DNA of 31,340 nucleotides from Macrostomum lignano (taxonomy: Eukaryota). Of the stretch, positions 11,034 to 21,355 are shown one piece after another. The notes under the pieces are model-generated. The model was not told where the DNA came from. It saw nothing but the letters and a program-made list of their open reading frames with translations, and made no database searches. Numbering within the stretch: position 1 is the first letter of the stretch; each line of letters starts with the position of its first letter. The translations under genes were made by a program, and so were the position numbers. The stretch is taken from the NCBI GenBank assembly GCA_002269645.1, contig NIVC01002654.1, forward strand, positions 121,371 through 152,710, in the 5' to 3' direction.

Positions 11034-11698
11034 GTGAGCTGAAACAGTTTGACTGCCTCACCCGTAAACTGCGCCTTCGCCTGTCTCCTCAGCCGTAAGT
11101 TCACAAGGCCTGTTGCCTAAGTGCTTCTTCGTCCTTGAGCTGTCTTTTCCTATAAAGCAGGTTTTTTTCTAAGAGTCTACATTGTATCTCCTATAGACAG
11201 TTCAGACGGATGAATAATTTCCTACCTCTGTTTCATTTTTTGGCTGAAAATATGCTTCAATTTTAGTGTAGTGACTAGCAATTTGCGCCCCCTTTGGGAG
11301 GCAACAAAGAAAGAAGATTTTTTTTGAATCAGCTACATGTAAGATTTGACTTTGGCAATACAATTGCTATTGTTAATTTATTGAAGCTTGTTAATCCTAC
11401 TGAATTTGAGAAATTCCCCTCTTCCATAAACCTTGCCACCTCAACAATTCTTTTCTTGAGTCCTTACAGCATTTGGACGAATAAGTTCCTCCTTTTTAGC
11501 TGTCTACTACGTGTCCCTTCTCTACGCTCGCTTTCCCTCAGCTATCGGCTCCTGATAATAGATAGCGTCCCACCGAAAGCGACTTCCGTAGGGCTGTATT
11601 TTATCGTATGTTTGACTTTTTAAGTCTTCGCCTAAAATTAATCTTCAAAATTTTTAACCGCCACTTCTGTGTAATTTCCCCAATACAACAATCTACAG

Positions 11699-11980
11699 TG
11701 CAGCTCGAGAATCTGCTACCGAGACAGCTACATGAACGCTAAACAGATTGCCAACCTAAACGTGACGCTCTACAACAACCAGGCTGCATATCAGTGCTAC
11801 GTCCGTCAGGAATGGGCCGCCAGCACGTTTGTCGCCTTGCGTAGCAGAGAAATTGACGAAGCAAAAGTATTCCACTGTCTACTGTGGCCGGCGCTGGCCT
11901 TCGGGTTTGGCGGATTAGTATTCTGGAGCGTCTATTGCTGCTTGGGCTGCAATATCTGGCCTAAAGAGATGGCAGTATGA
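11699..11980 (+). CDS. Exon 2 of KCNMB-like paralog 1. It follows the acceptor atctacag|, phase 0, and encodes the remainder of the loop plus TM2 (LLWPALAFGFGGLVFWSVYCCLGC), ending at a stop.
   Basis: The intron 11034..11698 is GT..AG with frame continuity. HCLLWPALAFGF...CC resembles the KCNMB HCFLWPLVTFVVG TM2 region. Confidence 0.6.
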   Translation, partial: CSSRICYRDSYMNAKQIANLNVTLYNNQAAYQCYVRQEWAASTFVALRSREIDEAKVFHCLLWPALAFGFGGLVFWSVYCCLGCNIWPKEMAV

Positions 11981-12860
11981 GGAGTGACGGACTCTGTGGC
12001 ATATACGTATGAGGAGGCATCAATACAGTATGTCTATGAGGAGTAATCTGCGCGAGTCACTTCACTGACTTTTTCTCCATTCAACCGACCAAATTTCTAA
12101 TGTCTTCCCGGAGCTGTGTTTGCTTCTGTTGTACTGAATAAACGCGCGTAGTTTGTTTTCCTTTTGTTTGGCTGTATTTTCTGTTTGCTGGTCAGTACTC
12201 GTACTCGTATATCAATCAGTCGTTATCCGAAAGCTTTATCGGTTATGTGGAGGTACGGCGAGACACTTTCGGGCGATGAGGCTCTTTTTCTTAAAAGACA
12301 ACCACATAGGATAGGCAGAAATGCAGTCAGGGTTTCCAAAACGGGCGGTTCGTTGAGCTAATTAACTTGATTAAATCTCTCTCCATCCAGCGAGAGTCGG
12401 TCCGATCTACGCTACTCTCGCCTTTTTCCTAGGTCCATCAAATACGCTATAGCTTGTACGGCGGTCGTGCTTCTAAAAATAGCCCTCTGTATCGATTCCA
12501 CCGTATCGAGCCCGGCTCTTGACCGGGTCTCCCGTTCTGTCAACAAAATAATCTCGCGCGGAAGCCGCCAAAGGATTAGCCAAGTCTGGACTAATCTAGA
12601 AAGAATAGAAAGAATAAAATGGTTGCTGAGATTCCAATTTTTAATATCAATATCGAAAATATGCCGATTAAAAAACCTACGGTTGCGCTGAAACTATAAA
12701 TTTATAATATACGAGCTACATGCTATAAATTTGACTTTGCGATTCTAAGAAATCCAGCGTTTCTTGATCAAGACACGGTCTCTAAAAGCTGACACACACA
12801 ATGTGCTAGTGCGAGCTCGTATTTCAGCCATTATTTAACTCAGCTAAACAAGTAATAACC

Positions 12861-13003
12861 AGATGTGCAACCGACAGCTCAGCCGCAGCAATTGCGCGGC
12901 GCATCTGAAGGCTGCCCTATACGGCTGTTCAGTCCGGGGGTCGCCACACCCTCAATTACCTTAGCTAATGCTTTTATGCATTTTACATCTGGGTGAACTA
13001 AAG
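12861..13003 (-). mobile_element. Truncated copy, 3' body only, of the same SINE family as 16274..16546 and 18450..18699. It ends exactly where the foldback element begins.
   Basis: The sequence agatgtgcaaccgacagctcagccgcagcaattgcgcggcgcatctgaaggctg... aligns with the other two copies. Homology stops at gggtgaactaaagg|ggtacc. Confidence 0.5.
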
Positions 13004-14352
13004 GGGTACCTCTCATTTCGCCGATTCTCGTTTCGCCGAATCTCATTTTGCAGATTCTCGTTTCGCCGAATCTCATTTTGCAGATTCTCGTTTCGCCGAC
13101 ATTATCATTTCGCCGATTCTCGTTTCGCCGAAATTAATTTCATAACCATCTGGACATTAGACCATAGACAACTACACTAATGCCAAGTGTGATTTGGATG
13201 TCTATGGCTTGAAAAAGAAAGTTAAAATTAAGAATTCTTCCTTCTGCATAATCCATGGTAAAAAGTCTATAGCCAGTGGTATATATGTATGGTATAGGAG
13301 GTTGTGAAATACAAAAATGCCGATTGAAATCGTTTCTGTTGGCTTTTCTGGTGAAATAAATAAGTGGTTTTATTGCATTGACTTCTGAATTGAATGAGTT
13401 AAAACTACGCTCGTAATGCTGGTAAGCTAACGAAATTAAGCTGCAAAAAGGCTACGATACTAGCGCAATATTACTATAGCTTTTTGCAGCCCATTTGGGC
13501 TTACGCGCATTGAATTTAATCCAAGATGTTTGTCAAAGTAACGGAGCTTTTGTCTATGGTAGCAAGGCTGGCACAGCGGCATTTAATTTGGTCCAACAAG
13601 CATCAATTTGGTCCATTTAGTTCATTTGCAGCTCAGTCCCAGAATTGTGGACCATATGCTAGGCTGTTGAACGAATGTCATTGGCTTGTGATCGAAGCAC
13701 TCGACGGAGGTGAACACCCAAAGGACATTGCAAGGTTGCTGAATGTAAAAGAAAAGGTGGTTTACAACATCCAGCAGCGCCTTGAAACTCTGCCGGCAGA
13801 GATTGCCTGCGAAAGGGTGGCAATCGCCAAGGAAAGTTGCTCGAGAGCCTCAGGTCAACTGCTACTCGATGCAGTGGAGACGAACCCTTTGTTGACGTTG
13901 CCGAAATGCAGCAGAAGTTGAGGGAACAGCTCCAGTTGGTTATCAGATTTTGACTATCAGCAGAGCTCTGAAAAAGCAACTGAAAATTGCTGGTAGAGAC
14001 GCTGACATTCCAGCGGTGCGCAACAACCTGCAGACAGTTGAGAGAAGGCAAGAGTGTCCAATGGCTCACGAGTGTTTGGACCAAATTGATGCTTGTTGGA
14101 CCAAATTAAATGCCGCTGCGCCAGCCTTGCTACCATAGACAAAAGCTCTGTTACATTGGCAAACGTATCTTGGATTAAATTAAATGCGCGTAAGCCCAAA
14201 TGGGCTGCAAAATGCTATATTACATTACTTTATTTTTCAAGCCATAGACATCTAAATCACATTTGCATTAGTGTAGTTGTCTATGGTCTAATGTCCAGAT
14301 GGTTATTAAATTAATTTCGGCGAAACGAGAATCGGCGAAATGAGAGGTACCC
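13004..14352. mobile_element. Foldback-like DNA transposon of about 1.35 kb with GGTACC-containing termini. The outer terminal inverted repeats (TIRs) are 13004-13217 and 14231-14352. The left TIR carries a 34-bp subterminal tandem expansion. The inner inverted repeats of about 145 bp are 13475-13617 and 14087-14230. A roughly 240-bp left-side insertion lies between the left outer and inner repeats. The unique core carries an ORF.
   Basis: The reverse complement of 14087-14352 matches 13004-13030, then 13150-13217, then 13475-13617 by eye. The 34-bp unit cgccgattctcgtttcgccgaatctcattttgcagatt is repeated in the left arm only. Confidence 0.55.
13526..13921 (+). CDS. ORF remnant in the foldback element core, with a helix-turn-helix-like segment (ECHWLVIEALDGGEHPKDIARLLNVKEKVVYNIQQRL) reminiscent of the Tc1/mariner or pipsqueak-type transposase N-terminal DNA-binding domain. 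Probably non-functional.
   Basis: It has the residue pattern R..IV....G.....IA..L.V....V..I..R. Its first 30 codons lie inside the inverted repeat and are mirrored by minus ORF 13957..14199. At 131 aa it is too short for a transposase. Confidence 0.2.
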   Translation: MFVKVTELLSMVARLAQRHLIWSNKHQFGPFSSFAAQSQNCGPYARLLNECHWLVIEALDGGEHPKDIARLLNVKEKVVYNIQQRLETLPAEIACERVAIAKESCSRASGQLLLDAVETNPLLTLPKCSRS

Positions 14353-15877
14353 GAATTGGATAGATAATAAAGGTGAAAAGCAGTCACGTGTTTAAATTTT
14401 TACATTGGTATGCCACTGGAATAATGTGGCTAAAACTATTGTCTGGGTCAATTAAAGTATAATTACGTGTACAAACGTAATTCATTCATCGACTCTAATT
14501 GTTTTAGGCGTTGGTTTGATTATTAAAAGATTTTGAATCACCCTTATCATCTTATCTCGACTCGGCCCTCTGCGCGCATAATGAATGTACATCAATACTC
14601 ACTGCCCAAGTAACCAATCAGTTCACCCAAGCCATTTCTCTCGTCCAATCAAATTCAATCGGTCACATTATCTACGAGTATAAGCTTCGGCAATCAAACA
14701 ATCATATTATCGTACTACTTCGATAATTGAGTACGATACCCACGCACCCTATGAGATTATCCACACATGGAGATCTCACCTCAGAGATGACCCAGTCTTT
14801 TATATAGAATATCTTTAGGTGGGGACCTTATTTAGGATTTTCTAAGTGCCATTCTAAGTGAAAAAATGCCAAATATCAATTTTTTTCGTTGGTCTCTCAT
14901 ATTAAACTGAAAAAAAGTCTACGCGCGTATAGTTAAAAAAGTTACTCAGTTTTTTGCGCTAACAATTGAACAATAAATTAAAGCTATTTATTGTATAAAA
15001 GTGGGTTGCAGAGGCAATAGCCGTGATTTATAGCGTCGACGCACAGCTGCCGCACCGCAATATTTTCTCTCAAAATCGTTGCTTTGGGAAAAAGAAAAAA
15101 ATTGAGCAAAAATATGGGAAAAATGAGGGAATCCGCTGGCCGCTTCGTAAAAGTACAAATGTCAGAGCTCTGCAACTCCCACCCTAGCAAAGGAACGAAT
15201 AAGGTAGGAGACTGAGATCGGCTGATGGAAATGAAATGCCTCCTGGGACCTGGGGCAGAGCGAGAGGTGCGGCAGAGATTGCCTCAACATCTCATTTCCG
15301 ATTGCCAAATAACCAAATAAAAGAGAGGCAGTGGGTTCAGTGGAGCGCTGCCCCCCCCTCTCCAACTCTGCACAGCCTCCCGCGGCTGCCGATCCCAGAT
15401 TCCCAATCACACCGCCATCAAATGAGGACATCAGTCGCGTGATTCGATAGCTCTATTGATGGTTGTGTGTAAGAGCCTCAAGCCTGTCAATCAAGCCTGT
15501 AACACGGAATGTAACAGCCTCGAACCTGTAACACAAGCTTAGATACGGTACATTGTAAATACTGTAAAGCACTGTAAGATACTGTAAAACACTGTAAAAC
15601 AAAATCGGACTCTCAAAGACCGAATATCCTAATTTTTGGCCAACCATTCCTCGTAAGAGGCACTCAAACGGATTGAGTCAACCAGAGGGTCGCCAGCACA
15701 GTAAAGTTAAGCATAGTTGGCCGCGGTTAGTGCATCAGTCAAAATGGCTTTCATTCTTCCATCAGAAACAAAGCGTCCCTTCTTACTTCTTTATTCATCC
15801 TGACTGGGTAAGCAATAACCTATTCTTTGTAAACTAAGCTAAAAACGTTCTCAATATTTTAGCCAGGCAAAACTCTC

Positions 15878-16213
15878 ATGGCGTTGAAACGCTGCGACCG
15901 CCTATGCAATGTTCACGGCCTGGCCAAGCTCATCTTCCTGGCCTGCATCACTCTCATCACCTGTGGCGTAATTGTTGGCACAATCCTGGTGCCGCTGATC
16001 ATCCTGCCGTACTCCAGAGAGAGCCGCTTCGCCGACGCCAACTGCACCTATCTGACCGAGCACCTCATCGCCAAGCTGCCCTGCGAGAGCAAGTGCAGCA
16101 AAGACAAGAGCAGCTTCCCCTGCTACAGCATTCGGGTCAGCATCAGCCAGACCAATCAAACCGGGATGCTGTACGAGAACTTCATCACGTTTTCTGAGCG
16201 ACACGACGAGCCG
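15878..16213 (+). CDS. Exon 1 of KCNMB-like paralog 2, containing TM1 (LIFLACITLITCGVIVGTILVPLIIL) and the loop start, with donor CCG|gtaaga, phase 0.
   Basis: PYSRESRFADANCTYLTEH and FPCYSIRVS resemble the ATEANCTVLS and YPCVQVYVN regions of KCNMB4 as I recall it. Exon size and intron phase match paralog 1. Confidence 0.55.
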
Positions 16214-16273
16214 GTAAGAACTGTGGTCTAGATAATTTTATTTTGCTGGAGCCGGTGCAACATTTTGATAGAA

Positions 16274-16546
16274 GATGTGCAACCGACAGCTCAGCCGCAG
16301 CTATTGCGCGGCGCATCTGAAGGCTGCGTACGGCTGTTCAGTCGAAGGATTGGGGGGTCGCCAACCACACCATCAATTACCCCAGCTAATGCTGGCACCC
16401 ATTTTACAGCTGGTTGAACTGAAGCAATGCAGAGTTAAATGTACATGTATTTCTCAAGGACACAAATTTTGGCGAGTGGATCGAGAATCGAACCCCCGAC
16501 CTTTCATTCGCGAGTCCGACGCTCTAACCACTAGGCTACAACCCCA
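16274..16546 (-). mobile_element. tRNA-derived SINE, full-length copy in minus orientation, inside the intron of KCNMB-like paralog 2. Its head resembles tRNA-Arg. The central region GTCCTTGAG..ACATTTAACTCTGCATTGCTTC.GTTCAACCAGCTGTAAA.TGGGTGCCAGC is conserved between copies.
   Basis: The minus strand reads GGGGTTGTAGCCTAGTGGTTAGAGCGTCGGACTCGCGAATGAAAGGTCGGGGGTTCGATTC.... The D-arm and anticodon segment resemble GCGTCTGACTTCGGATCAGAAG of tRNA-Arg(TCG). The body is shared with the copies at 18450 and 12861. Confidence 0.6.
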
Positions 16547-16885
16547 TTTGTAAGGATTTTATCGTAACACTAATACTTCGTCAGCGGAGTCAGCGGAATG
16601 GGCAGAATTGCCGTCAGCGATGGTTGTGTGCGCAGCCCTCCAGCGGACATAACAATAATTATGTTTACTACTAGTAATATAATAATTTATCGATTCACAA
16701 GTTTACCTACCTACAGTTTAGAGACCAGGTGGTAACCAAATGTCAAGCCAAGTGACCAATCTCTGACACACACTGAAGTTTTTTCCTGAAATTCGGATTC
16801 TCTTCGGCGCGCGTGTTCCCTGACTTCTGTCGTCTCATTCCCCTGTCAGATCAATCAGTGCGGCACCGCTCCCTGCCTGTCGCAG

Positions 16886-17146
16886 GCGGCCGAGAACGTC
16901 GCCATGACAACCAGATTTATCAGGACCCTGCGCAAGAGCCGCAGCTTCCCTTGCCACTACCAGCCGGCTTCGAAGCCCGGCGGCCCGACCCCAGTGCTGC
17001 TGCACCGCATCTTCTCCAGGCGGCAGGCGACTCACTGCATCATCTGGCCGGCTGTGGCGGTGGCCGCCGGCCTGTCGCTGCTGGTGAGCACCTATTACTG
17101 CGCCGGCTGCACGGTGTGGACGCAGGACAAAACTGTCATAGCCTGA
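16886..17146 (+). CDS. Exon 2 of KCNMB-like paralog 2, following the acceptor ctgtcgcag|, phase 0. It encodes the rest of the loop and TM2 (IIWPAVAVAAGLSLLVSTYYCAGC), ending at a stop.
   Basis: The intron 16214..16885 is GT..AG and frame is conserved. The motif C.Y...HC..WPA...CC.GC..W is shared with exon 2 of paralog 1. Confidence 0.55.
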   Translation, partial: AAENVAMTTRFIRTLRKSRSFPCHYQPASKPGGPTPVLLHRIFSRRQATHCIIWPAVAVAAGLSLLVSTYYCAGCTVWTQDKTVIA

Positions 17147-17947
17147 CGGAGTTCTGCTATGCCCAAAAATGTATTAACAGCCACTACTGAGGAATACAGG
17201 GGTGGGTGCACTGCCAGGTTAATGAGGGCTAGATCCCCTAGGCTTGGCTTGGCTTTTCGCGAGTGTCAGACCGTCGTCAATCTGAGAGAGAGAAAGCCAT
17301 GCACCAACCTGCAGATTCTGTCACAAAAGACAGACCGATAAGCTACTCGTGCGATCTCATTAGGAAGTCTTGATTTAGTCTTGATTGCACGTCTCTTTCT
17401 CAAAGCTGTCCCAAGCTTTAAGGTTGATCTTTTATTAGTTTCTATCATTCTCATGCAGATGCACTTTTTCAAGGACTTTTTGGCGATGTATCTGTTTAAG
17501 AAATGTTGTTATTAAGCCTGGCAGCCCGAACTAGCTGTAGTATTGTAATTTATCACTTTGCTTATTCCATCATAGATAAGATTCCTGTGCAATATTTTAT
17601 TCGATAAATTTTCCCAAAGTGATTTTATTCTTTCATTTACGAATAATTAATATAAATATACAATTATATAATTGCAAAACTCGAGAACAAAGGATCAAAA
17701 CGACTTCTGACACGTCAAAAGTTTGAAACGAAACGACATTCTTAAGCGTTAGACGGCTTCAATTTATTTTAATGAACTTCAACTTTTTGATGGGATGAAA
17801 AAATGAGCATTTTTGTGGTTGAAATAAATCAGCAAAAAATGCTTGAACCGCATTTGGCTTGAAAAAAAATAGAAAAATGAAATTAACTGGTCATCCGGTT
17901 TTTCTGGTCGCCATGGGTTTAATTAGTTACTCAGTAGGCAACCGTGC

Positions 17948-18187
17948 TCAAGTCAGCGGCTGAGTAATCCGCACAATGCCGGCTGTCTGCAGGAAGTTGG
18001 TGCAGTTGAACTGCAGGGTGGAGTTGTCCATGAGCACCGGGTGGCACGCGTAGCGCATGAAGTCCGGCAGCAGGTCCTCCATCTCGAGGACGGCTCGCAC
18101 GATTCTGTCCCAGCTGGCGGCCCGCACGATGACCACACGCCTGGGCAATGACTTGTACAGCTCCAGGCTGCCCAGGCTGATGCGCGC
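17948..18187 (-). CDS. Putative terminal exon of an unknown two-exon gene: ARISLGSLELYKSLPRRVVIVRAASWDRIVRAVLEMEDLLPDFMRYACHPVLMDNSTLQFNCTNFLQTAGIVRITQPLT*
   Basis: The acceptor cacaatacgcag| is in phase 0 with the ORF, and the upstream in-frame stop lies just before the acceptor. I recognise no domain. Confidence 0.3.
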   Translation of the reverse strand, partial: ARISLGSLELYKSLPRRVVIVRAASWDRIVRAVLEMEDLLPDFMRYACHPVLMDNSTLQFNCTNFLQTAGIVRITQPLT

Positions 18188-18449
18188 CTGCGTATTGTGC
18201 GCGGGCAGATTGTGCAGAGATTGTGGTTACTCTCCGTGAATAAGATACGAGTATCCGAATTTTGATAAATCCTATACTTGCTCCATCGAAAAGGATCGAT
18301 GTTCCATTTCGGACATTAAAACGGTAAAAGAAACTGTTGGGTACACTACTTAGAAGTAGTAAGAAATGATTTTTGACGCTTCAGGCTGGTAGATGAAATG
18401 AGCTTCAACCGATTGCTGCTGGACAGCGTGCTGGATAGTTAGCTAGCAA

Positions 18450-18699
18450 GTTGTAGCCTAGATGGGGATGTAGCCTCACGTCGGGGGTTCGATTCCCGAT
18501 CCTACTGGAACAATATGTGTCCTTGAGCAAGACATTTAACTCTGCATTGCTTCGGTTCAACCAGCTGTAAATGGGTGCCAGCATTAGCTGGGGTAATTGA
18601 GGCTGTGTGTGGCGACCCCCAGTCCTTGGACTGAACAGCCGTACGCAGCCTTCAGATTCACCGCGCAATAGCTGCGGCTGAGCTGTCGGTTGCACATCT
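18450..18699 (+). mobile_element. Second copy of the SINE family, plus orientation and inverted relative to the copy at 16274. The head is rearranged: GTTGTAGCCTAG is partly duplicated and the D-arm and anticodon segment is deleted.
   Basis: GTTGTAGCCTAGATGGGGATGTAGCCTCACGTCGGGGGTTCGATTCCCGATCC is followed by a body collinear with the reverse complement of 16274-16546, ending ggttgcacatct. Confidence 0.55.
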
Positions 18700-18948
18700 A
18701 GCGAAATTGGGGCCTGTGTAGTCAATTACGAGCGTATTATTATTATCTAGCAAGTCAAAGGGGGCAGTAAAATCCAGGCCAACGAAGAGGCAAGCAGTCA
18801 CATCCGCTCCTCGGTGACCCCTGGCAATCATTTTCTAGGTTAATCGCGAGTTTGAATCTGTATAACTATTAATTTCAAGGATTAGTACAGAATACACTTC
18901 TCGTAATACGAACAGTTAAGGATCTTTTTATGATTATAAGATGTTCCG

Positions 18949-19085
18949 GCTCAACTCCAGGTGAGGGACTCAGGACCTGCTCAACTCCAGGTGACGGACT
19001 CAGGACCTGCTCAACTCCAGGTGAGGGACTCAGGACCTGCTCAACTCCATCCAGGTGAGGGACTCAGGACTCAGGACCTGCTCAC
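18949..19085 (+). repeat. Short array of about 4.5 copies of the 30-bp satellite ctgctcaactccaggtgagggactcaggac. The terminal unit supplies the GTGAGC donor of the putative exon at 19086.
   Basis: Direct reading shows the same family as 19900-20510 and 22231-23215. Confidence 0.9.
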
Positions 19086-19403
19086 CCCTGATTTGTTCAT
19101 GATGACCAGAAGTCGCCTATCGGTAGCGAACCGCTTGTCCAAGTCCATGAACGGCGCCATCAGACGGTCTACCTCGGAGCTGTACAGATAGACGTAGAAC
19201 CAATAGTGCACTCGAAAGTCGGTGGTATCCGTTGGCTGAGACGGCTGCAGGCTGCGGTAGGGAAACGGCAGGCAGCCAGGCTTGGTCAGAACTCTGGTCT
19301 GTTCGGCCTTGTCCGCGTTGCCATTCTCCGTGTTCAACGACTTTGGATCGGCTAAGCGGTTCCTCTGCAGCCGGGCTCGGCGAGGCGTCTTTTCCTGCGA
19401 CAT
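19086..19403 (-). CDS. Putative first coding exon of the unknown minus-strand gene: ATG at 19403-19401, then MSQEKTPRRARLQRNRLADPK...DFRVHYWFYVYLYSSEVDRLMAPFMDLDKRFATDRRLLVIMNKSG, with donor GGG|gtgagc, phase 0.
   Basis: A true ATG. A canonical GTGAGC donor sits 3 codons before the ORF stop, and its phase matches the acceptor at 18187. Confidence 0.3.
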
Positions 19404-19899
19404 TGGCTTTATGCTCTATTTGGTGTATAAATATTTATACTATATAGCTGGCCTGACGTGCCCCAGCTGATCCTTTCACTGCGACTGTTGTTAGCCTAAA
19501 GCGTCTTCAAACCATGGACGTAGGAAAGAACTTGACCGTTAGAAGTTTGAGCTTACCTAGGAAATGCCATAGACATTTACATGTATAGCTGTCGCTCACA
19601 CTCTGCCAGCTGCTTATTAATTCGGATATGTATTCATGTATGTATTCATTATGTATTCATATTCGGATATGTATTATGTATTCATGTCGTAAAACTTTTT
19701 ACCATAGACAACTCATAAACGTCTGGGGGGGAGAGAGAGTCAGAGTTTATACACAGAGCATAAAAGTGCAATCAAAGTTGGCCGGACAGGTGGAGAATGT
19801 ATACCGTATTTCTTATAAGTTTCGGCAGTCTTTTTCGGCTGTCTGGGTGGAAATATTCTACAGTTCTTTTCAATTTTTATAAAATCTCCCAAAGGCGTG

Positions 19900-20510
19900 G
19901 GTTGAGCAGATCCTGAGTCTCTCACCTGCAGTTGAGCAGGTCCTGAGTCGCTCATCTGCAGTTGAGCAGATCCTGAGTCTCTCACCTGCAGTTGAGCAGG
20001 TCCTGAGTCGCTCATCTGCAGTTGAGCAGATCCTGAGTCTCTCACCTGCAGTTGAGCAGGTCCTGAGTCCCGCATCTGGAGTTGAGAAGGTCCTGAGTCG
20101 CTCATCTGCAGTTGAGCAGATCCTGAGTCTCTCACCTGCAGTTGAGCAGGTCCTGAGTCGCTCATCTGCAGTTGAGAAGGTCCTGAGTCGCTCATCTGCA
20201 GTTGAGCAGATCCTGAGTCCCGCATCTGGAGTTGAGAAGGTCCTAAGTCCCTCATCTGGAGTTGAGAAGGTCCTAAGTCCCTCATCCGGAGTTGAGAAGG
20301 TCCTAAGTCCCTCATCCGGAGTTGAGAAGGTCCTGAGTCCCTCATCCGGAGTTGAGAAGGTCCTGAGTCCCTCATCCGGAGTTGAGAAGGTCCTGAGTCC
20401 CTCATCCGGAGTTGAGAAGGTCCTGAGTCCCTCATCCGGAGTTGAGAAGGTCCTAAGTCCCTCATCTGGAGTTGAGAAGGTCCTGAGTCCCTCATCCGGA
20501 GTTGAGCAGG
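19900..20510 (-). repeat. 30-bp satellite array of about 20 copies in reverse orientation, unit ctcacctgcagttgagcaggtcctgagtcg, with ordered subvariants.
   Basis: Direct reading. The reverse complement equals the unit of 22231-23215. The 263-aa ORF over it is a periodicity artefact. Confidence 0.9.
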
Positions 20511-20522
20511 AGTAGTGGAATG

Positions 20523-20680
20523 AGGTGTCACTGGAGTGTCAGAAAGGAAAGTGTCAAAAACTGTGGTGTCAAAAGGGAGGTGTCAGAATGGGAGGTGTCA
20601 AAATGGGAGGTGTCAGAATGGAAGGTGTCAGTATGGGAGGTGTCAGAACGGGAGGTGTCAGAACGAGAGGTGTCAGACGG
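20523..20680. repeat. 15-bp minisatellite of about 10 copies, unit ggaggtgtcagaatg.
   Basis: tgtcagaatg at 20581 and tgtcaaaatg at 20596 give a 15-bp period. Confidence 0.85.
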
Positions 20681-21159
20681 AAGAGTTGACAAAAAGAAAG
20701 TTGCTGTGTCTATAGATACCTTTGTGACTACTGGTTGAACTAGGGCAGTCTATGTTTTCAAAAATGTGAAGCATTAAAATGACTCTGAATTTTTAAAAGT
20801 AATAGAACAAAACTGATACAAACTTTTCTGACAACAACGGAGGCAGTTAATTTTATAAGCATTGTCGATTTCAAAACGGAATATATTTAATAAATAACAA
20901 TTTTTATTTAGACGCTCAACTCCGATAACATGCGGGCTGGAGGTGCTTCATCTCAAACAGAAAAAAAACGGTGCGTCCATTCTCTTTCAAAGAATTCAAA
21001 AAACACCTTATAGTGCACAGTCTAACAAAAATTTACAACGCACAGAGGCAATGTTATGAGAAATGAGTGGAGCAGGATGAACTGTTTCTTAGGAAAAGCA
21101 ACGGCTTAAAGGATAACACCCTGGCAGTACTGCCGTGGACAGCGAAAGTATAAGGGTGC

Positions 21160-21355
21160 CTGCACTGAGCATCTCACCCTGCACTGAGCATCTCACCCTG
21201 CACTGAGTATCTCACCCTGCACTGAGCATCTCACCCTGCACTGAGCATCTCACCCTGCACTGAGCATCTCACCCTGCACTGAGTATCTCACCCTGCACTG
21301 AGTATCTCACCCTGCAATGAGTATCTCACCCTGCAATGAGTATCTCACCCTGCGC
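21160..21355. repeat. 21-bp minisatellite of about 9-10 copies, unit ctgcactgagcatctcaccct, with gagc/gagt/aatg variants.
   Basis: Direct reading. Confidence 0.85.

Noticed and set aside
13957-14199. 80-aa minus ORF as a separate gene.
   Set aside because: It is the mirror image of the first 30 codons of ORF 13526..13921, because both start inside the inverted repeats of the foldback element.
16478-16552. Possible standalone tRNA gene on the minus strand.
   Set aside because: It is the head of a SINE. The same sequence is fused to a shared non-tRNA body in two or three copies. The T-stem, anticodon stem and acceptor pairing are imperfect, and the copy at 18450 has the arm deleted.
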